Assembly (NCBI GenBank): GCA_964016885.1
Contig: OZ024742.1
Coordinates: 110,174,001 to 110,238,000, forward strand
DNA: 64,000 bases
Direction of reading: 5' to 3'
DNA from: Eledone cirrhosa
Taxonomy: Eukaryota
Below, in pieces: positions 56,555-64,000 of the stretch. Under the pieces are notes generated by a model, which was given only the letters and a program-made list of their open reading frames with translations, did not search any database and was not told where the DNA came from. The first letter of the stretch is position 1, and each line of letters opens with the position of its first letter. A program made the position numbers and the translations under genes.

Positions 56555-59500
56555 GGCGACCTACGTAGTAAATCGTATTATCGTGAGCTCCGCAAAGGTT
56601 TGTCATTTTCAGTTGTTTAAAATTGCCATTTATGGAAATTTTTTATTGTTAACTGTATATAAGTGCACATACATTGATTTCTGAAAAGACACTAAAAAAG
56701 GTTAGGGCCTTGAGCCCAAAATTTAAACTTTTATAATTATCGAAAAAAAAAAAAAAAAAAAATTTCTTTGAAAAATCATGGCCGACTCACAGCTGAACCC
56801 AGTAGCTCAGAGCCTTCCTCACAAACTAACACCTCATACCGACACCACCATTGTAAATATTACTACCTTTGCCAACACTAAAAATATAAGCAGTAGCAAT
56901 ATTTTAAATTTGTCTCAGACAGACATTAATTTCCCGCCATTACCAATGACTGCAGGTGTTGAAGCTGCCACCCCCACCACCACCACCACAGCAACAAGAG
57001 AAACAAAAGAAAAAAATAAATTATCTCGTGATATCGAAACGAATTCAGCCAAAATGGACTCTTCCACACCGAATACCACTGACGCCACCACCACCACAAC
57101 TGAAACTAAAATTAACAATAACAAAAATAACGATAACAACAGCAACAATGAGAATAAGAAAACCCTGTCTTTTGCCAGAGTAGCGAAAAAGTGCGAAGCA
57201 TTCCAGGTAACTCAGGAGGAATTAGAAGAAGCCAAAAAAATGGTAAAGAAAGATGGGTACAAGGTCAGCCTCCCCCCACCTAATAAAATAGAGCATCGGC
57301 GCCTATGCACCGTGTCTTATCGGATGATTAACATAAAATCGCGCCGAGTGGAACGGGCATCCGAGTCCCAAATCCAAAAAAGCTTTGGGACATGTGTGGG
57401 CAAAAAACCCCCACATCAGACGTGGGCAGAAATATGGAACCGTGGACGTGTTCTTTGAAACACCACAGGAGGCCAGAGAACACTCCATGGCCCATTAAGA
57501 AGTGACGACTTCACACTCGTCCCAAGCTATTGTGGCCAGAGACTCGTGAAGATCAGGGTGACCCACGTTCCACCGGCCATCGAAATTCCCTGGCTAATGG
57601 CTGCCGCCCTCGCCGGCATCGAAGCCAACACCAAGATAATCGAAATAGCGAAAGAAAAGCAGGAGAACTGGTCCGGATCTGGGATGGAGCTCCTGATCCA
57701 AGCGGACCAAAAAAGCATTGAGGAGATCACAGAGGTAATAGACCTCACTGACGGCAGCCACCTCACCGTAATCGTCGAGGGCAGAAGGCCTAGGTGTGTC
57801 GTTTGTGGTGAAGGAACCCACCTAAGGGCTTTCTGCCCTCAGGCTAAAAGGTTGAGTCCACCTCTCTTACCCACCCCAGTGACTCAACCATCAACACCAC
57901 CAGCAGCAGAAATGGCAGCAACAACTGTAGCAGCAACAACAGAAGCAACTGTAACAGCAACAACCCCAGAAACAGTAGCAAAACCAACACCACCACCACC
58001 CAACGCGCAAGAACTAGCACCAGCGCCTACACCAACCACCACGCCACAACCAAAACCAACGCATGTGGAGGATTTTCCACTCCCCGACCTATTACAACTG
58101 GAGACAGATTGTGACGACGAGGAGTGGGAAACGGTATCAGAAAAAAAGAAAAAAAAGAAACCCCCCCAAAAAAATCTCCTTCCTTCCCCCTCCAAAAACA
58201 AAATACAGAGAGAAACAAATAAACTATCAAGCAAAAAAGTTAGGACAACTATGCCACCATCCACACCAGCATCACCAACCCCATCACCACAAACACCAAC
58301 ACCATCACCAACACCACAAAAGTCACCAAAAAGCGAAACAGAAACAAACCCACAACAAACGCAAACAAAACAAAACAACCAAAACGATACACACTACACA
58401 GCAATAAATTTGAACAACAACCAATTATTATACTACATCCAACACAACACCAGCACCACAGAAAAAGACTACACAACAACCCAAAAGTTCACACAACCTC
58501 CACACATACAAATCACTCGCATCACACAGAAAACGCACACGACACTAAAACAAAAAATCTCCAAAGACATCGGAGACTTCCGACAAGCACTCTCCAGGAG
58601 GATTTATAAGGACATCCTTCCGGAGGAGGCCACAAGCAGTGAAAAGGATGGAGAAACCATCCTTCCTCTACGAGAAATAAGGTAAGTGGTCTTTCCCATC
58701 TTTTCCACTCCATTTCAACATGACCTCACTCAGAATAGGCAGCATAAATGCGCGTGGGTTGGGGTCGTCATGGAAGCAGAGCCACCTGCTCAACGACCTG
58801 AGGTCACTAAACATAGATGTAGTGGCCATCAGCGAGACCAGAATCTCCGAAGCACGGGCCTTCGCACCGATCTTCGGCGGCTACGATGTGTACGCATCTC
58901 CCAGCCGTCCTGGATCGGGGGGAGAAGTTGCTGTGCTTTTTCGGAGAGGTTTGGATCTCGCCATACTGGACCCAGAAGGTAAGTTGGTGGTGCTGGACGT
59001 GACCAGCGGAGACGGGCAAGCTTTCAGGCTAGTGGCCGTCTATGCCCCGACAGGAGCAGGGCGGCCTGATTTCTTCTGGCGTCTGGAGACCTTTCTTGGA
59101 ACGTGCCGCTCTTTAGTGTTAGTGGGCGACTAGAACGGGATCTTAGATGCACGCTTGGACTGTGTGGGATTAGCTGGCAGGTACCGATTGGATTTCCCGA
59201 ATGTGCCAATGTGGACTTGGACAAATCGTATCGGGTCATCCAGATCATATCTAGATAGAGTATTTTGTAGGGAAATAGATAGGAAATTGTCCACAATTCA
59301 AGATAGTCAACTACACGGACCACAAATTCGTGATCTGTGTGCTTGACTTAGTTAGGCGTCATAGACGAGGACCCGGCTACTGGAAGCTAAACGCGTCCTT
59401 ACCAGCGCGCAAGGCCTACAGAGACCGGATTAGCGGGGGCCATCGTCAACAACAAGTGGTGGTTTGCTCTTGAAAGAGCGATTAGAATAGAGTCCATTAG

Positions 59501-62228
59501 GTTTAGTAAAGCTTTAGCAATAGAGAAAAATAGAGCAGAGGGAGAACTAGTTAGAAAATTAGACGAGGCGCTTAGCAAAGGCATCACGACCGACGTACTT
59601 GCGGCGAAATTGGCCATTGACCAATTCTTCAATGCAAAGCACAAAGGCTGCGTTGTCAGAGCTAGGGTGCGTGCTCTCAGACACGAGGGGACGAAAGCCG
59701 TTCAATGGGCTCGAGTGGCGGAGGCGCGTCGAGGCAACAAAGCCACGATCCGGTCTTTGGTGGACCACGACGGGCGCATGCTACTCGATCCCGGGCAAAT
59801 GTGTGAAGCTTTTCAGCGACACTTCGCACAGCTGTTCGGGGGCAGCGGCGGGCCAGATCGAGGGATGGACTTTCGTGTCTACCTCGACGGACTGCCGCAG
59901 CTCTCGGCCACTGAGGCAGAGTGTTGCGAAAAGCCGATAACAGCCGCTTAAGTACGGGAGGCAATGACTGTCTGCACAAGGGGTAAATCGCCTGGTTTGG
60001 ATGGTCTGCCCTATGAACTTTACGTACAGATGCCATACTTGTTCGGAGGTCTCTTGGCTACTGCAACTGGCAACAGAATGGGAGAATTTACAGCTCTGTG
60101 AGCCGAGGAGCTGTGGTGCTGCTGAGAAAGGATCCGAACAAGGGGGATAACATAGATAATTTCAGGTCCATAACTCTGCTAAACATAGAGTTCAAGATTT
60201 TGGCCAAGGTGCTAGCAAAGAGGTTGGCGCTTGTCGTTGGTGGTCTGGTGGGAGAGGCGCAGACATGCGTCATTCCCGACAGATCCTCCCACGACAACCT
60301 CCACCTCATGCGATACATCGTAGAGGGTAGCTAAGGAACCTGGCACGGGTGGGTCCTTGATCAATTTAGATCAGTCGAAAGCTTTCGATAGGATCGACCA
60401 TCTTTACCTAGCGGCAGTCCTGAGGGCGGCTGGCTTTGGGCCCGTCTTCAGAGGCTGGATCGCTGCCATGCACAGCGACATCTGCTCTGTGGTGAGAGTG
60501 AACGGTCACCTTTCGGAACCGTTCAACATCATGCGCTCGGTCCGCCAAGGATGTCCTCTCTCGTCCCTCTTGTACGTATTGAATCTCGAGCCATTACTGC
60601 ACAAACTGGAGACGTTGAGGGGGGTCCCGCGCGAACTAGGATGCAGAAGATCCGTGTCAGCATATGCGGACGATGTCACCGTAGTGGTGTCGAACGCCAA
60701 ACATATCGAGGCGATCGGCACTACACTAAGAGAATACGAAGCGGTGACAGGAGCAATGATCAACCAGGAAAAGTCAGTGGGACTGCAGCTCGGCACCTGG
60801 AGAGGCAGGTCTATGCCGTCCAACAGCGTTGTCGGGCGCTGGACGGACGGACCGGTTAAATTGCTAGGGGTCTGGTTCGGTCCGGACCTCCAGACGGACA
60901 AAAACTGGGACGAGGTGACGAGCAGGGTGGCTTCTCTCACCCAGAAATGGGCGGAGAGGAAGCTGTCCCTGAAAGGTCGAGCGGAGGTGGCTAACGCGGA
61001 TTTCGCGTCCGTCATCTGCTACCGCCTGACCGTCGTACCTTGTCCTAAGCCCCGCCTGACTGCGCTGGAGCGTTTGCTCTTTCGCTTTTTGTGGTCAGGC
61101 GGTCCATCTGCAGTCAATACGCGCTACGTGGAGGGCTGGGAATGCCGTGGCTGATGATGCGCAGACACGCGCTCAGGCTACGCCATCTCCACCTCTTCCT
61201 CGACGGTGATCAGGTGTGGTCGCCGTTTGCTAGACACGTATTTCCCCAGCTCGTTTCCTTGACCGAGCTACAGTCCTGGGTCAAGCGAAGACCGAGAGGG
61301 AGCGCCTGGAGACTGGAATGTCTTCAGGCGCTCACAGCCCTCGACTAATCGGGCAATGTGATCGGTGGAAACTCCACCTCGGCGTTCTATAGAGGATTAG
61401 TGGAGGGGAAGAGCGACGACGTACTTGGGGAAACTCAAGGCGTCGACGAAAATCAACTAGCCAATCTCTTCGGAAGAACTTTCGGGCCGGGGCCTATGGA
61501 CAACTTCCAGAAATCTCTGGCCTGGCAGTGCTACCGAGGAGCCTTGCCAGTTCGAGATAAACTCTACAGGCATGGAGGTGCCGTCAGCCGGGCATGTCTG
61601 AGATGCGCGCAGGGCGACGAAAACGTCCTGCACGCACTCTTCCAGTGTCTGAAAATTGCTGATTTGTGGGTTTATGTCGAACACCTGCTGTCACGTGTAG
61701 GACGGATCCGGCTATCATCTGAGTCCATCGTGAGGATTTCCCCGCCCTCTTCCTTTAGCTGGGAAGGGCAGGCAGTTTTTATCTGTCTGGTGGCCATGGC
61801 GAAAGAGATAGTATGGTGGACACGTTCGGTGATGCCCTGATTGACTTTTTCAAATTTCATTTGAAAAGGAAAAGCAGAGTAGAGAAGGAAGTGCTCTCTT
61901 TCCAGCATTTTGTTGAAAGATGGGTGAGAGAAGCAAGAATGGTCCGAGTGAATGGGCCTACTCTGAGTATGTATCTGTAAATTAAAGGTGGAAAACTGGG
62001 AGAGGGCACTTGCCTTGGTGGTCAGGGTCACTGTGGCTTTTTACTGGGCTTTCTCCACAAATGTCCCTCCGAAGTCTCCCCCCTATTGGGGAATTTTTCA
62101 TTGTTATTTTTTGTTACATCCTCTGTTTTTGTTTTTTACACGCAGAAATGCCCATTTGTACCGTCCTGCATTGTCCTGCACTGTCCTTAATGTCTACTTT
62201 ATGTAAACCCTTGTGGTTAATAAAGAAA

Positions 62229-62230
<2 letters not shown>
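56555..62230 (+). mobile_element. Full-length, decayed Tx1-clade element of a second family, flanked by (ATT)n
   Basis: ORF1 56778-58685 (frameshifted; CVVCGEGTHLRAFC knuckle); ORF2 58720-61980 (APE, RT; several stops and deletions); ends AATAAAGAAATC then (ATT)n. Confidence 0.92.

Positions 62231-62272
<42 letters not shown>
62231..62272. repeat. (ATT)n/(TAA)n tract shared by two convergent retrotransposon 3' ends
   Basis: Directly visible. Confidence 0.97.
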
Positions 62273-64000
62273 TGCATTTATCTTGCTTTATGTTTATACG
62301 AGTTATCACCAAGTCACAACCAGTGACCTCAAGAGACAACAAGGTCCGCCATGTTCAAGAAAGAACACACATATTCACACATGCATCCTTAGTGTTTAGA
62401 CTTGTGATGTACGTATATTGACAGGATCTTCCTTAGTATATGGGCAGTTCCCATTAGTACTATCTTTTGTATTTCTCCTATACGCGGGTTTCCTGGGATT
62501 TGCGATAAGTAGTCGTTAGACCCCTTAGGTATCATTCCCAGAGCGCCTACAACCACTGGTATTGTTTTAGTTCTCAATTTCCACATTTTTCCAATTTCTA
62601 TCTCCAGGTCCTTATACTTGCTCAATTTTTCAAATGTTTTTATAGATACATTCTTGTCTATTGGAACAGACATATCAATTAGCAGGCATACCCTCCTTTG
62701 AAAGTCCTTCAATATTATATCAGGTCTATTTGCATCTATTTTTCGGTCTGTTTGGATGCTAAAGTTCCACAAGATTGAGATGTGATCTTTTTCAAGTATG
62801 GGAGGTGGTTGATGCTCCCACCAATTCTTTTGATGGGGCAGGTCAAAATGCTTACACATTATCCAATGTATGTATTGTGCAGCTCTGTCATGCCTGTTTA
62901 GGTATTCGGTTGGAGCTATAGGACTGCACATTGAAATTATATGGTCAATGGTCTCTGGTTGTTTTTTGCATACACGGCATAATGGGCTGCACCCATTTTT
63001 TATTATGTTGGCTTGGTAATTTTTTGTTGGCAGACACTGATCTTGTGCGGAGATAATCAGTCCTTCAGTCTCCGATTTCAGTCCAGAGGATGCCAACCAC
63101 TGATGGGTTAAAGTTTTGTCAACATCAGGATTGTTAGCTCGCTCTGGGTATTTTCCATACAGAGGCTTTTCTTGCCATTTCTTAGCCAGTTTCTGTAGCA
63201 GTTCTTTCTTTGCAGTTACTTTTACCTGCTTTGCTTTTTCTGTGTTTTCCATTTCAGCAGTAAATGGGACTTCTGAAATTTGTAGTCCATTACTGTATCT
63301 TTGTGCATCTTTTGTAATGGAATATGATCTTTTGGTGCTTTCGTGTTTCAAAACGAGTTTGATCATCCAATCATGTGATTCCCTTAGATAGGTGGATAAT
63401 CCAATTGTTGCAGTTTTCAACGCAATGTCTAACTGGATTAACCCACGTCCTCCTTCTTTTCTAGGGAGATATATTCTATCTATGTCTGCCTTAGGGTGAT
63501 GCATTCTGTGCATGGTTAAGAATTTTCGGATTTTTGTATCGAGCCTACGGATCTCTGTGCTTGACCAGTTGATGACATTGTAACTGTAGGTTACTACTGG
63601 TATGGCAAGCGTGTTTATGGCATCGATCCTATTCCTTGCATTCAATTCCGTTCTTAAGATTGCTCTGACTCTGCGGTAACATTCCTTCCTTATCCTTTCC
63701 CTCATTGTCGAGTGCTTGATTCCGTCTCCTTCACAAACACCTAGATATTTGTAAGTTTGTTCTTGATCAAGCTCTCTTATCACGTTCCCCCGATCAAGAT
63801 TAATGTCTGAACTCTTCAGCAGCTTTCCTCTGGTGAACGTTGCTTTGGCGCATTTATCCAGTCCAAACTCCATTTTAATGTCATCACTGAACTGCTTCAC
63901 AGTGGATAATAGCCCTTGCAATTGTTCATCATTTTTTGCGAATAGTTTCAGGTCATCCATGTAGAACAGGTGATTAATGGTTTTGTCATAGACTCTATAT
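62273..64000 (-). mobile_element. R4/Dong-clade non-LTR retrotransposon, 3' part, continuing beyond the window
   Basis: Short 3' UTR ending in (TAA)n on the minus strand; RT plus RLE ORF. Confidence 0.88.
62389..63999 (-). CDS. R4/Dong ORF C-terminal half: RT (YMDD), thumb, CCHC, restriction-like endonuclease; uninterrupted within the window
   Basis: HLFYMDDLK, YKYLG, HPKA..RIYLPRKEGGRGL, CRVC..ETIDHIISMC, RHD, NRPDII..LIDMSVP, K..KY. Confidence 0.92.
   Translation of the reverse strand, partial: YRVYDKTINHLFYMDDLKLFAKNDEQLQGLLSTVKQFSDDIKMEFGLDKCAKATFTRGKLLKSSDINLDRGNVIRELDQEQTYKYLGVCEGDGIKHSTMRERIRKECYRRVRAILRTELNARNRIDAINTLAIPVVTYSYNVINWSSTEIRRLDTKIRKFLTMHRMHHPKADIDRIYLPRKEGGRGLIQLDIALKTATIGLSTYLRESHDWMIKLVLKHESTKRSYSITKDAQRYSNGLQISEVPFTAEMENTEKAKQVKVTAKKELLQKLAKKWQEKPLYGKYPERANNPDVDKTLTHQWLASSGLKSETEGLIISAQDQCLPTKNYQANIIKNGCSPLCRVCKKQPETIDHIISMCSPIAPTEYLNRHDRAAQYIHWIMCKHFDLPHQKNWWEHQPPPILEKDHISILWNFSIQTDRKIDANRPDIILKDFQRRVCLLIDMSVPIDKNVSIKTFEKLSKYKDLEIEIGKMWKLRTKTIPVVVGALGMIPKGSNDYLSQIPGNPRIGEIQKIVLMGTAHILRKILSIYVHHKSKH

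Overview
AT-rich eukaryotic DNA made almost entirely of transposons and microsatellites, with no host gene I can support. The SINE and microsatellite content suggests an octopus or other coleoid cephalopod (inference). 1-15.3 kb is a head-to-tail array of five Tx1-clade non-LTR retrotransposons separated by (TATC)n. A sixth copy at 49.1 kb has a 21-bp target-site duplication (TSD) showing that TATC is the target. A related full-length Tx1 (56.6-62.2 kb) sits in (ATT)n and meets an R4/Dong-like element tail-to-tail. Also present are CRE and RTE remnants, a Naiad-type Penelope-like element with a 1.8-kb inverted repeat, mariner, hAT and Helitron-like non-autonomous elements, and many tRNA-derived SINEs. 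Three observations stand out. (1) Several short, non-coding, fold-back elements in (TA)n tracts carry minimal hammerhead ribozymes, two families with the compensatory U3-A8 core. (2) One SINE family matches the ATT-associated Tx1 in 3' end, polarity and target preference. (3) The Tx1 3' UTRs contain covarying RNA hairpins. All alignments and folds were made by eye.
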